A stretch of DNA of 64,000 nt from Basidiobolus meristosporus CBS 931.73. Lineage: Eukaryota; Fungi; Basidiobolomycota. The notes beneath the pieces were generated by a model. It was not told the origin of the DNA and did not search any database. It was given only the letters and a program-made list of their open reading frames with translations. The translations under genes and the position numbers were made by a program. Below are positions 49,184 through 62,160 of this stretch, in pieces; the stretch's first letter is position 1, and each line of letters begins with the position of its first letter. Location of the stretch: assembly GCA_002104905.1 (NCBI GenBank), contig MCFE01000315.1, positions 1 through 64,000 on the forward strand, in the 5' to 3' direction.

Positions 49184-52100
49184 ATCAAGAATGGAAGAAT
49201 GCTAAGCAACAAATCCTGGTCCAGCAGCAGCAGTTACTCCAGATCCTTAGCCAGCAGCAAAAAGGAATGACAACCATGGCCCAAAGCCCACAAAACCCTG
49301 TCAAGAGCCACTTTGGTGTAAAGGTCAACCAGTACCATGGCAGAGTCCATGAAAACCTGGGAACTTGGCTCTTCCAGATGGAAGAAGCTTTCAAGGATAA
49401 AGGAATTGCTCCTGAAAGCAAGTTGCATTATGCAGCCTCTTACCTGGCAGACGCAGCTTTGCAGTGGTACCACAACAAGATCAGGTCAGCCACTATGATG
49501 GGATGCTCTACAATCTCTACCTGGGATCAGTTTGTGTTAGAAATTCAGGATGCTTTTGAACCTCCACACCAGCAGACACTACTAAGAAGGAAGTTAAAGA
49601 CACTCAGACAGAAAGGAATGGCTCAAGAATACATCTCTAAGTACAGATGTCTACTTGGACAAATTGAAAGAATGGACCCTCTGGATCAAGCTGAATACTT
49701 TATTGATGGGTTGAAAGAAAGAACTTGTAAGGAAGTGAATTATTGAAGACCTCAGACTATTGAAGAAGCCATCAAGATTGCCATTGACTATGACTCAGCT
49801 ATGCTTGGAGTTGGGAAGCCCATAATGACTTATCAGAGAGGCTACAACCACTATGAAAGAAGACAATCAGAAGCAGTGCCATGGAAATAGACACTATGCA
49901 GAAGAATCCTACCTCAGATGAATGTAAGGATAAAGGACTTTGCCTCAATTGCCACCAACAAGGACATATTGCAAAGTACTGCCGTCAGAGAAGAAATGGA
50001 CACCAGCCATCAAGAACCTTTAGCCGTATTGAGACCACAGAGCATAGTAACATGGAGGATGAGCTTGAGAAGACTCAGAACTCACCTTTCACATGACAGA
50101 AGCATACCTATTCCAAATGAGCTCAAACTCAGGAAAGCTATTATACTTGAATGGAGTAATCAATGGAGTACCTGCCAAGATCATGATTGACTCAGGAGCA
50201 TCACATGAGTGCATGTCATTGCAATTTGCTCTGAAAGCTGGAATCAACTTGGAACCTACCAAGTCAACTTCAGTCTCAACAGCTGATGGGAACTCTCACA
50301 TAATCAACCGCATTACTCAGCCAGTAAGGATGAAGATCAATGACTATGAAGAAGATCCACAGGCTTATATATTTGGGAACTGCAAGTTTGACTTTGTACT
50401 TGGGAAAACCTGGCTATTTTGTTGTAATCCTTCAATCAAATGGAGAACCCATGCTACTCAGATCCAGAAGGACAATATGACCTATGAGCTATTACCTGCC
50501 AGACTGGATTTCAACTTGGTCAATTCCAGTATGTGTGAGACAAGTGCACTTAGCAAGACCCAGTTCTGTAGAGCACTTAGAAAAGGTACCCACATGTTCC
50601 TCATGGCAGTGTTACAGGAGGATCCCTCTTCCCCAGCACCCCAGCAGGTCCAGATTCTCTTTAAGAAATATTCAGACATGTTTCCAGATGAGCTTGTAAG
50701 CTTACCACCAGTCAGAGACATGTATTGTGCCATTGACACAGAAGATAGCCCTACAGTGAGCAAGACACCTTACAGAATGAGTCCATTGGAATTGGAGTAA
50801 ATGAAGAGACAAATTGATCAGCTATTGGAGCAAGGATATAGCAGACCCAGCAAGTCACCCTGGGGATTACCAGTACTTTTTGTGAAGAAAAAGGATGGAG
50901 CACTTAGGATATGCATTGACTACAGAGCCCTCAACTGAGTCACCATCAAGAATAAGTACCCCATACCTTGGATTGATGAGCTTTTGAACCAACGTAATGG
51001 AGCCACCATATTTAGCAAGATTGACCTCATGTCAGGATACAACCAGATTAGGGTGAAGGCAGAAGACATCCCTAAGACAGCATTCAGGACCAGATATGGA
51101 CATCACAAGTACTTAGTCATGAGTTTTGACCTCACCAATGCCTCTGCAAGTTTCATGACCCTGATGCAGACTGTCTTCCAGGAGTACTTAGAAAAGTTTG
51201 TCATAATCTACCTAGATGATATACTGATATACAGCAAGACAGAAGAGGATCACTTGGTGCACATTGAAAAGGTCTTGAAGAAGCTAAGAGAGAACAAGCT
51301 TTATGGCAAGCTACCCAAGTGTGAAATCTTCAAGGAACACATTGAATATCTGGGACACATACTGACTAGCACAGGAGTAACCTTAGACCCTAAGAAGGTA
51401 GAAGTAATCAAGAATCTGAAGCAGCCCCATGGCATATCAGAACTCAGATCATTCCTTGGAATGGTTTCCTGTTATTGGAGATTTCTCAGGTCTTTGCAAG
51501 TATTGCAGCCCCTCTAACTGATATCCTCAAAAAAGACAACACCTATAAGTGGGACATAGCTTGTGAGACTGCCTTTCAGATGCTCAAAAATGAACTTGCT
51601 TAATTACCAAGCTTAAGTGCACCAGACTTCAGAAGAGAGTTCACTCTGTGCACAGATGCTTCAGGTTATGCAATTGGTGGAATGTTGAGCCAAGAACACA
51701 AGGGAGAGGACTACCCTGTTGCCTTTGAATCCAAAAAACTGAACTCAGCAGAACAAAACTATCCAGTCCATGAGAGGGAGATGCTTGCTATAACACACTG
51801 TTTGAATACATGGAGATGATATATTGAAGGAGTGAAATGCACTGTGAAGACTGATCATGCCTCCCTCAAGTATGTATTTACTCAGAAGGTACTCTCTAGA
51901 AGAATGAAAAGATGGAGTGAATACATTCAGCAATTTGACTTAGAGATTGTCTACTGCCCTGGAAAAAACAACACAGATGCTGATGCTGAAGCTTGCAAGA
52001 CTTGCTGATAATACTGAACCATCAAGGTATTGGTATTGCAAGAAAAGAGATTCAGCAGAACCCTTTCAACTTTAGCAGGGGAGAATGTTGTGATCTGCTG

Positions 52101-52454
52101 CTTGAATGTTTAGGTTAGATCAGTTTTTAGTCAAATCAGTTAGCTATTTGTTTAGATTATCAGTATATCAGTATTATTTATCAAATCAGTAACATTAGTC
52201 AGCAAATGTATTAGCATATCCTTATCAGACAGAAATAGACATATTAAGTAGGATCTTATTGGGTGATGATGATGCAATTAAATGAGTCATCAGCCACAGC
52301 CTACATTAGGATATACAATCAGTCAGCAATTGATCTGGCAAAATGTATATAAGGAGCTGCTGGAATCTCAATAGAGATCAGTTCATATTTTAGTGAATTC
52401 AACACTTGCTAAACTCCCTATTCCTCTACAACTCTTATACCAAGAGTTGTAACA
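49184..52454 (+). mobile_element. Ty3/Gypsy family 1: gag (CCHC), protease, RT, RNase H, integrase deleted, 3' LTR
   Basis: WLFQME gag motif, CLNCHQQGHIAKYC, IDSGAS, MCIDYRAL, KIDLMSGYNQ, YLDDILI, CTDASG and YPVHERE. PPT agcaggggagaa, then LTR 52086-52454. Confidence 0.92.
52086..52454 (+). repeat. Gypsy family 1 LTR (369 bp)
   Basis: tgttgtgatc...gttgtaaca; homologous to 60571-60937 and 62161-62528. Confidence 0.85.
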
Positions 52455-54531
52455 CACCATGGGTATGCTAAGAAAGTATCTTAAGAATAGCAGCAACTAT
52501 CACAGGCAGAAGAACAAGGGTGCCATAGCAAAAACCAGCAGCTTCCTCAAGAGCCTGTTACAAGCGGGGCCAAAAGCTCCAGACAAGTGTCAAAGAGACG
52601 TCAGGCAGCCCAAAGAGTGCCAATTAGGGACAAGCAGGCTGACATGGATGCACCAGCACAACATTTATCAAGGAAAAAGCATGGTATCACTCAAGAAGCA
52701 CTCAGTCAAAGTAGCAGTGAAGGACCTGGCAGTGATAAAAACCAGCCGCTTATACAGAAGCCTGTTACAACTACAGTTGAGAGCTCAAAACAGTTGGAAA
52801 AGGGAAAAATGTCTACCTAAGCCTGAGACAGGGAGGCATGCAAAAAAGACTACAGTTCATACCAATCAAAGCTGTAAGCCCTGAACAGAGTGAATCCCAT
52901 CATAGCCAAGAGGAAGTATCAACAAGAAAACAGCTGTTTTCACAAGAGTTGGAAGTGTAGCCAGTTTAGCAACACTCCAGCAAGGTAGATGAGTTTGCTG
53001 AAAAAGGCAATTTGTCTACTGCAGCCTCCATATCCTTTATTGTTGACAGAGTTGAGGTCCATCTGACAGACAAGGCTACAATGTCAATAGCTCACAAGAC
53101 TATCACAATGCCTACAGTAGAGATTTGGAAAACTAATAGACTTGTTCCGTCAGATAGTGCCGTGGTGAGCTGCAAGTGCCAAATGATACCATAGTGTGCC
53201 AGGGAGGCCAAGTGAACCTATACATGGCCACAGAGTATGAAACATAGCTCTGCATCTTTGTCCAAAGCAGCCCCTGTGTCTCACCTATGATGCTGGAAAA
53301 AATCCAGTTTTTGACCTTTTTTTGTGGGCCAATGTTGTGCAGGATGAATAAGAGCACTAAAGGATTGAAGATATGCATCTGGTACCCAATACCCATGGCA
53401 CTCTAAAACTAACTTCTCTGGCTTGTCACATGTCAAAAAAATGCATGGCACTATCTTGGTCCACTGGTACTATCTGGCACTATATTTATTTATTAGCCCT
53501 AGAGTAAGATCTAATCAAAGCGCTTATAGTGCCAGATAGTACCAGTGGACCAAGATAGTGCCATGCATTTTTTTGACATGTGACAAGCCAAAGAAGTTAG
53601 TTTTATAGTGCCATGGGTATTGGATACCTGATGCATGTCTTCATACATTTTGTGCTCTTACACATCCTGCACAACATTAGCCCACAAAAAAAACGTCAAA
53701 AAATGGATTTTTTCCAACAAAATGAATGATACACAGGGGTGGCTTTGTATAAAAATGCAGAGCTATGTTTCACACTCTGTGGCCAATTATAGATTCACTT
53801 GGCCTCCCTGGCACACTATGGCATCATTTGGCACTCATGGTTCAATGTGGCACTATCCAATAGAACAAGTCTAATAGGCACACCAACAGGTTACAGCACT
53901 TCCTCAAGAGGAGTGCCCAAGAGAATGCCCAGGAATATTGCAAGGATTTATAGCAAAGACTGGCAGATAAGGTGCTAGACCATGCAGTGCCAGCTGAAGA
54001 CCAGAATATGTGGGAACCAGTGAATGACCAGCCTAACCCTAAATTCCCAATTGCCTACTTGACTGCAAGCTTAAGGTATCAGCATTATTACCTTCAGTGG
54101 GCACACTGACCACAGGGCCCTTTTTGATTGTAGCCCAGCTTGTAGCACTGGATGTCAAAGCAAACTGTTGTCCAACCATTCATCTGCTGCTGTCAACAGT
54201 GAGGTTTGGTTGAGAACCAAGCAAGTTTGATTTGTTTTTTGATAGCATATATATAGAAGTGAGTCAAACTACAGAGGAAATGTCATTACACATACATGTG
54301 TATGTGGTGCTACAACTTTATTTTTAATGCCCACCATGGTAGGCCACCATTGAAGCATACAAACATGTTGGTGCAATGTCTCAAATACAAGCTTGTCTTA
54401 AATTCACATAAGTATAAACAAAAAAGAATAGAACAGCATTAGATTGTTGAGTGTTAGACTGTTTTTTGCCATGGACAAGCCTACTTTGGTTCAACACTAT
54501 AAGAGAAGAGAAAAAAGACCATGTGGCTATC
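52455..54531. mobile_element. Rearranged CACTA-like ORF-X fragments (+ strand to ~54030, then - strand)
   Basis: MGMLRKYLKNSSNY... on +. After ~54043 the sequence matches the ORF-X start and promoter in the minus orientation. Confidence 0.75.
53138..53872. mobile_element. Palindromic MITE, 735 bp
   Basis: Same family; TSD AAT/AAT; the empty site is visible in the 30.66- and 39.27-kb homologs. Confidence 0.9.
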
Positions 54532-57500
54532 AGACTTGTAACATTGGGTGGTGCCTCATTGGCCATGAGTGCCATATAGTGCCATAGTATGCCAGAGAGG
54601 CTAAATAAACTAATACTTGGCCTTACTGACACATTATGCCATTACTTTGCACTCATGGCTCAATGTAGCACTCCCACTTCTGCCATGATACCAGTGGTGG
54701 GATACGGTTACCTGTAATTTACTCAATCATATTTATGCTGCTCCGAACAGTTCTTTTCTTCCTCTATTTACTCTTAATAAAGCTCAGGACATATTTCTCT
54801 CACTGCACATCTTCTTATATGAATATACCATGCATTAATAAATATCTTAAATGCTTCATCTAATCAGCTGCTTTCTACTGATATGAATTTCTTCTGAATT
54901 TACCAGCCAATACACTGAATCTATTCAGATATCTAAATGTATGCACTACTCTCACTCAGAGATGATTCTATATCTCATTGTAGGGCTTTACTTCCTGCTA
55001 AGCACACCATTCCTTGGCTTCCTATGGACTCTACTACATCCTAATTTCTGATAATCCTCACCTGTATAAGCTAAATTTGCCATACATTTCTCCTTCTACA
55101 GAGTTCTGGATGATACCATATCCAGAGTGCTTTGTCATGCCTATTTCCAGTAAATGGCCCACTAAACCAGATGATGTTACCCTCAATATCTGACAGTGCT
55201 TGAAACTTAACACAGTGTGCCTTATACTTGCCAGAATTAAGTGCATCTGCTCTCTATGAGGTCTATTAATCCCACTACAAATGCATCCAAGATACTCCTA
55301 ATGTGGAACCTGTTGTAGAGCACTATGGGTTATGGAAGTCTAATGGTGCATCTGAGCCTAATATTCCAAGCTTGCTCTAAGTCATTCATACCTCTTACAA
55401 GGTGGTTCTTCATTGCTGTCATCTGGGAATCAGAGTTTCTGGGACTTTAGTTGCCCCGTATGGTGGGATGCAACATTGTTGGGCAATTTGGTGCAATCAG
55501 ATTAATTATTTGATTTTCCATGCATTGTGATGAACTTTCCATCATTGACATATATCCCATCATTTTGTCACAAGAATCATGTCCAAACAATAACTTGGCT
55601 ATTTTATTGATGATGCACTCACAAGTCTGTAATCAGATAACAAATCAGCAATTGTAGTGATCTGATCCATGTCAATGCAATCAAAGATGCATCATACATA
55701 ACAAATGGAACATTTAGAAATTGCGCTAGCTTTCATATATTTCTCATATAAGATCAGGTTGATGACAATCTACTACTTGATAGGTATCCAAATTCATCAC
55801 TAAAGTCCCAAAACCAAGCCTCTGATCATCTTTAGTACAACCCAGACAAAATGCATCCCTCAGCCCACAAGCAAGGTCCATACTGTAAAAGCCAATGTTG
55901 GATTTGTTTAAGTTCTTGCCAAATAATTTTAGTGTGGCCCAAGTGTGTGTGATGAGCCTTAATACAGATATTTGAGTACTACTCACAATTCTGATAGAGC
56001 TGGATACCTCCAAGCATCAAAAGGTATGCAAGAACATGAGTAGTAGGCTGTGGCATGAGTTTCACATCAAGATGCCAGCAGATTTATGTAGGAAGCTATA
56101 TAACAAGACAAGTATTGAAATCAACAATGAGCTTAGAGTATTATATTTTAGTAGTCCTAAGTGGCTTCCAGAGCTATGTACACAGGACTTGTCAATGCAA
56201 CAGTTTCACTGTATCAGACAGAGGTTAAGTGAATACCTTGAGGAATCAGCTGGTGAGCTTCAAGAGGCAAAATACAGACTGCAAGCAACTGCATTAAGAT
56301 CACACCAGCATGCATTGATGGTCACCTTACCATCCCCTGCAACACTGGTGTGCTGGTGTCTGTCAGTCCAATCTATGCAACACCCTTCATAAGAGTGCAC
56401 TGTGTCAAGTCATTATGCATCCAATCAACACTCAAACTTCAGAGCAAAACTACTAGCAAATGACAAACTATACATTTGAACACAAGTACATAGGCATAGG
56501 CCAACTTGCATCTACACGCCACATCACATCAAACTTAGCTAAGGGCTATGCCAACACATCAAGTTGTGCCTGCACCTTCCATTACACCTCACAATCAACA
56601 AGTTACCTCTAGTGAATTACCTGACAATGATCCACATGGAGTGCCTCCTTCACCAGGGCCTTTGGCAAGTAGAAGAACACATCTGCATATGGCACTTCAA
56701 GCTGGATCCAGTGTATTATCTGGAGCAAGCTCCAGCATTGCACTCATCAACTAGGAGGCAAAAAACTGACTACAAGCACACAAGTGGCCTAAATGGTAGT
56801 CAACAAGGAAGTAGTCCAGGTGTGCAAAGTAAATCACTCATAATGCTTCAGTAGTAATCCCTGTGAGAAAAAAACCTAGGAGAAGATGATTCAATTGCAT
56901 TGAATTGCTATTATCTGTAATAATCCCAACAATAATTTTTTTTTGCAATCCTAATTGAGCCATTGCAAATGAGTGATCATCAAATTTTTTATACAAGTTA
57001 TATCAAGGTTGTCTCACACTTGGGAGAGAACCCCTACAAATGAATACCTTGCATATATATACATCATCTGTAATACCAGTGCAGCTATTGGATCCATTTT
57101 GCACCTACTTGATCACTTGCATGCTAGCTATGACACCATGCCCAATCATTAGGATCAGGGATTTGTTTGCTAAATGGGCAAAATGGGATATTTGATGGCA
57201 AATCAGGTAGGTTGTTTAGTAGTCAATGGGCCAATTGGGCCTGCCAGCTTCAGGACACTTTTGAACCAATTAACCACTAACAAACTATCCAACTGGAGGG
57301 ATGGTAACCAAACTGGTAAGTATCAGTGTACTTTATAGTGCAATATGCATTTATTTCCATTTACATTAATGAAACATATCCAAGTACCAGATTTTACCTA
57401 CCATAATTGAGGTATCTGATTGCACATGTGATGCAAACATTATAAGTTGGCGCAATCATCTGTGCCAATGTAATTGTGTCAGATTGTTTCATAGTGTGCA

Positions 57501-57631
57501 AGATTGTCCCACATGGTGCAAAAATATCCAAGAGCAATCCTGCCTACTGGTAGCTATAATATTGTGCCTGATTGTTCTTTACAACCTGGGATTGTGCTGC
57601 ATGCGCTGTTGTGGTTTAAAGGAACAAGTCT
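54532..57631. mobile_element. Third PHIS copy (inverted, more decayed)
   Basis: agacttgt... at 54532 and ...ggaacaagtct at 57631. Transposase relic on -, ORF2 relic on +. The flanks differ (atc/agt) and belong to different hosts, implying later rearrangement. Confidence 0.8.
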
Positions 57632-57707
57632 AGTAGTACAGTTGTATTTCTTCTACTAACATATTATATCAATAGTGAGGGCATTATTTCTCAAAGATGG
57701 GGAGACT

Positions 57708-58819
57708 TGCGGTAATGAAAAGTATTCCAATACTACAATATTTCACAACAATATTACACTCATTTCTTTATTTTGCTTTTTGCTATTGTAACACACAAGT
57801 GAGAGATCAAAAATTTTCAACTTGAAGGACAAATGCTCCAGACCCTGACAAAAAATCCACCAATGAATATTATGTCATGCAGAACACTCAGTAGCCAACG
57901 CATGTTTCAAATTAAAGCTCATTTGAAGCAGTACTCAGGGAGTTATGATCAAAAGAGTCCAATTATCACATTTACTAGGCTTTTATTGCTAGAATTACTA
58001 TGGCTCTTTGATTGCATATAGTTTTTGAACCAGCCAATCAAGTAATGTGAACTATTGTACAAGTGCTGCACCTATGTCCAATTGGCACCACCGCAAAATG
58101 TTAGCTTTGTATCAGGTGTATTGCTTGCACAATTGCCCAAAAACTTTGATCCTTCAGAATTTTCATATATATGACTTCCCTGGCTGAAAATAAAAGAGAG
58201 CCTCTCTTTATAGAATCTCCATACTACAATCACAAGCTTAAAGGTTATAAGACTCCCCTGCATTACTTGCACTGCTGAGTATTTTGACTTTAATTGGTAC
58301 TGCATCAGCAAAGAGGCTGCAAAGCTCACAAGAATCCAATCTAAGTTCTACAAAAAAACTACCACTTTTCTGTTGGAAAATTTGCCACTGAGAAGCCCCT
58401 TTACTCTAAAGACACCCCTTTGGAGACCACTACAAGAAGCCCCTTTACTCTAAAAACACCCCTTTAGGTTATAGGGGAGCTCAGAACTTCCATATTAGGA
58501 AATATTTTCTTAGATAGCAAAGTGACCATCAAACAAAAAGTGTTACTATACAAATAGATAAGCCAATAGTCAACAGAAGGTCAGAACACTGCTGCAGAAG
58601 TGAGAATCACCACCTATAGTATATTTCAAGCCTAACAATGAGGACATTATTGTAGGTTACAACTTCTATTGGTATATCAAACTCCCAATAAGATTTTTTG
58701 GTATTAGCATACTGGAAGTTGCTATATATTGTTGATTGGCATTTACATTATAGAACAAGCCCCACACTAATCATAATACAGCATAATAGAAGATAAAGAA
58801 GTTGTATTGAGTTGTTACA
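57708..58819 (+). repeat. Gypsy family 2 LTR (~1.1 kb) preceded by PPT
   Basis: ggggagact|tgcggtaatg ... gttgttaca; aligns to the 42030 LTR. Confidence 0.8.
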
Positions 58820-58829
58820 ATCTCTCTAG

Positions 58830-59529
58830 ACCCAAACCATGAATTTTTTTGCTATCCAAATGATGCAATTGCAAACCAGTGGTCACTGTACTTTTGATTT
58901 ATGTAATACCAAGGTTGTCTCATATTTAAGACAGAGACCCTTTAATAAGCACCCTGAATATGTATACACCATATGCAGCACCAGTGTAGCTAATTGATCT
59001 GATGCGCACCTACACACCTGGTACATGCTTGCTAGGGCATCTTGTCCAATCACTAAGATCTGGGACTTACATGCTCAAAGGGCAAGATGGGATAATTTGT
59101 GGTAAATCAGGTAGCTGATATATTGGGCAATGAGCCAGCTGGGGGATAACAGCTTCAGGATACCTTTAAACTAATCAACATTTGACATACTGTTCATTTG
59201 GAATAATGGTGAATAAATGGTAAGCATCAGTGTAGTGTATAATGTGATATACATTTATTTCCAATTGCATTAAGAAAACCTATCCAAATACCAGAATTTA
59301 CCTATCACAATAGTGGTATCCAATTGTGCACATGATGCTAACATTACAAGTTGCTGCTATCTTCTATGCCAACCTCATCATGTCATACTGTGCCATACTG
59401 TGCAAGATTGTCTCACACAAAAATGTGAAAGAACAATCCTGCCTACTGGTAACTACAAAATTGCACCAAATTGTTGTTTGCAATTGTGAATTGCATTGGC
59501 CACCCTGGCATAGTTTGGAAAACAAGTCT
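58830..59529. mobile_element. PHIS family left-end fragment
   Basis: Homologous to the reverse complement of 43016-43750; ends aaacaagtct. Confidence 0.7.
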
Positions 59530-59809
59530 AAGTATTTTGTCAGCTGATATTCCTAGTTTCCCAACATTGGCAACTCTTAATATCTCTGTTGCTAGATGAT
59601 GGGTAGGCAAGTAAGCATAGTCACCACAAGGGGACTATGCTAGCTAGCTTCCAGACCAGGTTTGTTAGCTGCTCACTTTTTCCATCAAATATTGCATTTA
59701 AAATTTTGAATCAAAAACCAGCTGGAGGTCAGATGTACTTGAAGTGTGTGATTTTTCATAGGGAATATGCACTTTGCCATGCAGCAATTTTCAAGTATCC
59801 CACTAGATA

Positions 59810-60545
59810 GCATGAAAAACTCATCAAGGCAAAGATACAGGTAGCTTTCCAGATACCAGTGAGAATACCATTAGATTTAGGCTCTGGTACTGCAATATAG
59901 CTAGCTGATTTAGATTCTTGATAGTCAGCAGCCAGCAGGACTTGCTGGCCAAGGATTTACTCAGTAATAATTCATCAGGTGCCAAGGCAAAATCATGCTC
60001 ATACATACCATTTACGTAGCCTGTGCTTTATAATTGTATGTGATATTTGCAATCAAATTTGTTAAAAATGTGTGCACCTGATTGGTTGCAAGCTATGCAG
60101 CTGCTAACAGATTCTGGTATCAGAATGGACTCTGGGACTTACATTAACAGCTGCTTAATTGCTTTCCATATATATTGAGTAGATGGCTAGTTGCATCTTG
60201 TAATTATTTTGGCAAAAGTAGGAGTGGGCTCTCAGAGCTCCCAATGCCAATATTGCTGGAAATACACCACTTCTCTAGCCACAAAACCATGTCATACACC
60301 AGCAAATGGACCACTGGGCTCACTTGACTTAGTATAATATCCTTGGCATCTCATTGGTTGGTGTTTTGTCATAGCATATGAGAATTTTGCCATGCCAGTG
60401 CAGAGTACAGTTGTTAGGGGAGAGAGGCTGACAATCCATCAGTAAGCCTTCTTTTTCAATTCTATCACTCTGCAGGTCAAATTTAGAAGGCCTTAGAGAG
60501 CCAAAATGTGTAACAAACTCATATTGATTGGCTTGCACAGAATGA
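59810..60545 (-). pseudogene. CACTA Tnp2 transposase fragments
   Basis: FALAPDELLLSKSLASKSCWLL...SLVSGK matches 36379-36849; 60290-60545 matches ~37250-37500. Confidence 0.7.
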
Positions 60546-60570
60546 CAACTAGAGCTGTGTGCTGTTACAG

Positions 60571-62160
60571 TATTATGATCTACCACTTGAATGTTTAAGT
60601 TAGATAAGTCTTTAATTAAATTAGTTAGATTTATGTTGAGCCCATCTGTATATCAGTGTTATCTATCAGATCAGTAAAATTAGTCAGCAGATGCATCAAC
60701 AGATCCTTTTCATACAGAAAAAGATATATCAAGTGTAATCTAATAGGTGATAATGATGCAATCAAATGAGTCATTAGGCCCAACCTACATTAGGAAATAT
60801 AATTAGTCCACAATTGATCTGGCAAAATATGTATATGGAGCTACTGGAACCACAATAAAGATCGGTTCAAGTTTAGTGAGTATAATGTAAGCAAAACTCC
60901 CTATTCCTCTACAACTCTTATATCAAAACTTGTAACATTGGTAGCAGCAATAACCAGAAATCTCCCCCCTGAAGAAAGAAGAAGCCTCCCTACAAGATTT
61001 CAGATAATCAGAATGGAGGAATGCTATGCATCAAATCCTGGCCCTGCAGCAACAAGGAATTACTACAATTGCCCAAAACCAGCAAAACCTTGCCAAGAGT
61101 AACTTTAGTGTTAATATCAACTGGAACCATGGTAGAGGCAATGAAAACCTGGGAACATGGCTCTTCCAGATTGAAGAAGCTTTCAAGGCAAAGGGAATTG
61201 CTCCTGAAAGCAAGTTGCATTATGCAGCCTCTTACCTGGCAAATGCAGCTTTACAGTAGTACCACAACAAGATCAGGTCAGCCACCATGATGGGATGCTC
61301 TATAACATTGACCTAAGATGAGTTTGTGTGGAAAATTCAGGATGACTTTGGGCTCCCACACAAGCAGACACTACTAGAAAGAAGGTTGAAGATACTCAGA
61401 CAGAAAGGAATGGTTCAAGAGCACATCCATGAATACAGATGTCCGCCTGTACCAGCTGAAAGAATGGACCCCCTGGATCAAGTGGAACAACTTACTGACG
61501 GGTTGGAAGAAACAACTTGCAAGGAAGTGAATTATTGAAATCCTCAGACTATTGAAGAAGCCATCAAGATTGTCATTGACTATGACTCAGCTATGCTTGG
61601 AGTTGGGAGGCTCACAATGACTAATTGGAGAGGCCACATATCACTATGAATGAAGACAATCAGAAGAAATGCTAATAAAAATTGATGCTATGCAGAAGAG
61701 TCCTATCTCAGAGGACTGTAAGAAGAAAGGACTTTGCTGTAGTTGCCACCAGCAGGGACATATTGCAAAGTAATGCCCTCAGGGAAGATATGAACACCAG
61801 CCATCAAGAACCTTTAACCGTATTGAGGCCCCTGAGCATGGTAACATGGATGGTGAGGTTAAAGACAACTCAGAGTTCACCGTCCATATGACCAAAGAGT
61901 ACCTATGCCAAAAGACCTCAAACTCAGGAAAGCTATTTTACTTGAATGGAGTACTCAACAGCGTACCTACAAAGATTATGGTTAACTCAGGATCATTGCA
62001 ATAGCACATGTCAGAGCAATTTGCTTTGAAGGCTGGAGTCAACTTGGAACCTACCAAATCAACTTCAGTCTCATCAGCTGATGGGAGTTCTCACATAATC
62101 AAACATATTACTCAGCCAGCAAGGACAAAGATTAATGTCTCTGAACAAGACCTATAGGCC
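60571..62160 (+). mobile_element. Gypsy family 1: 5' LTR (60571-60937), PBS-like tggtagcagc, decayed gag-protease
   Basis: LTR homology, WLFQIE gag motif and protease (VNSG), cut by the next LTR. Confidence 0.85.

Noticed and set aside
49036-49746. Apparent chimeric ORF2-gag fusion protein
   Set aside because: The N-terminal part is an alternative frame of PHIS ORF2, and the join at ~49183 is a deletion junction with short microhomology; there is no evidence of function.
33375-53872. Recurring GTGCCA/TGGCAC repeats as a possible CRISPR-like array
   Set aside because: They are subterminal motifs of palindromic MITEs, not constant repeats with unique spacers, and the context is eukaryotic with no cas genes.
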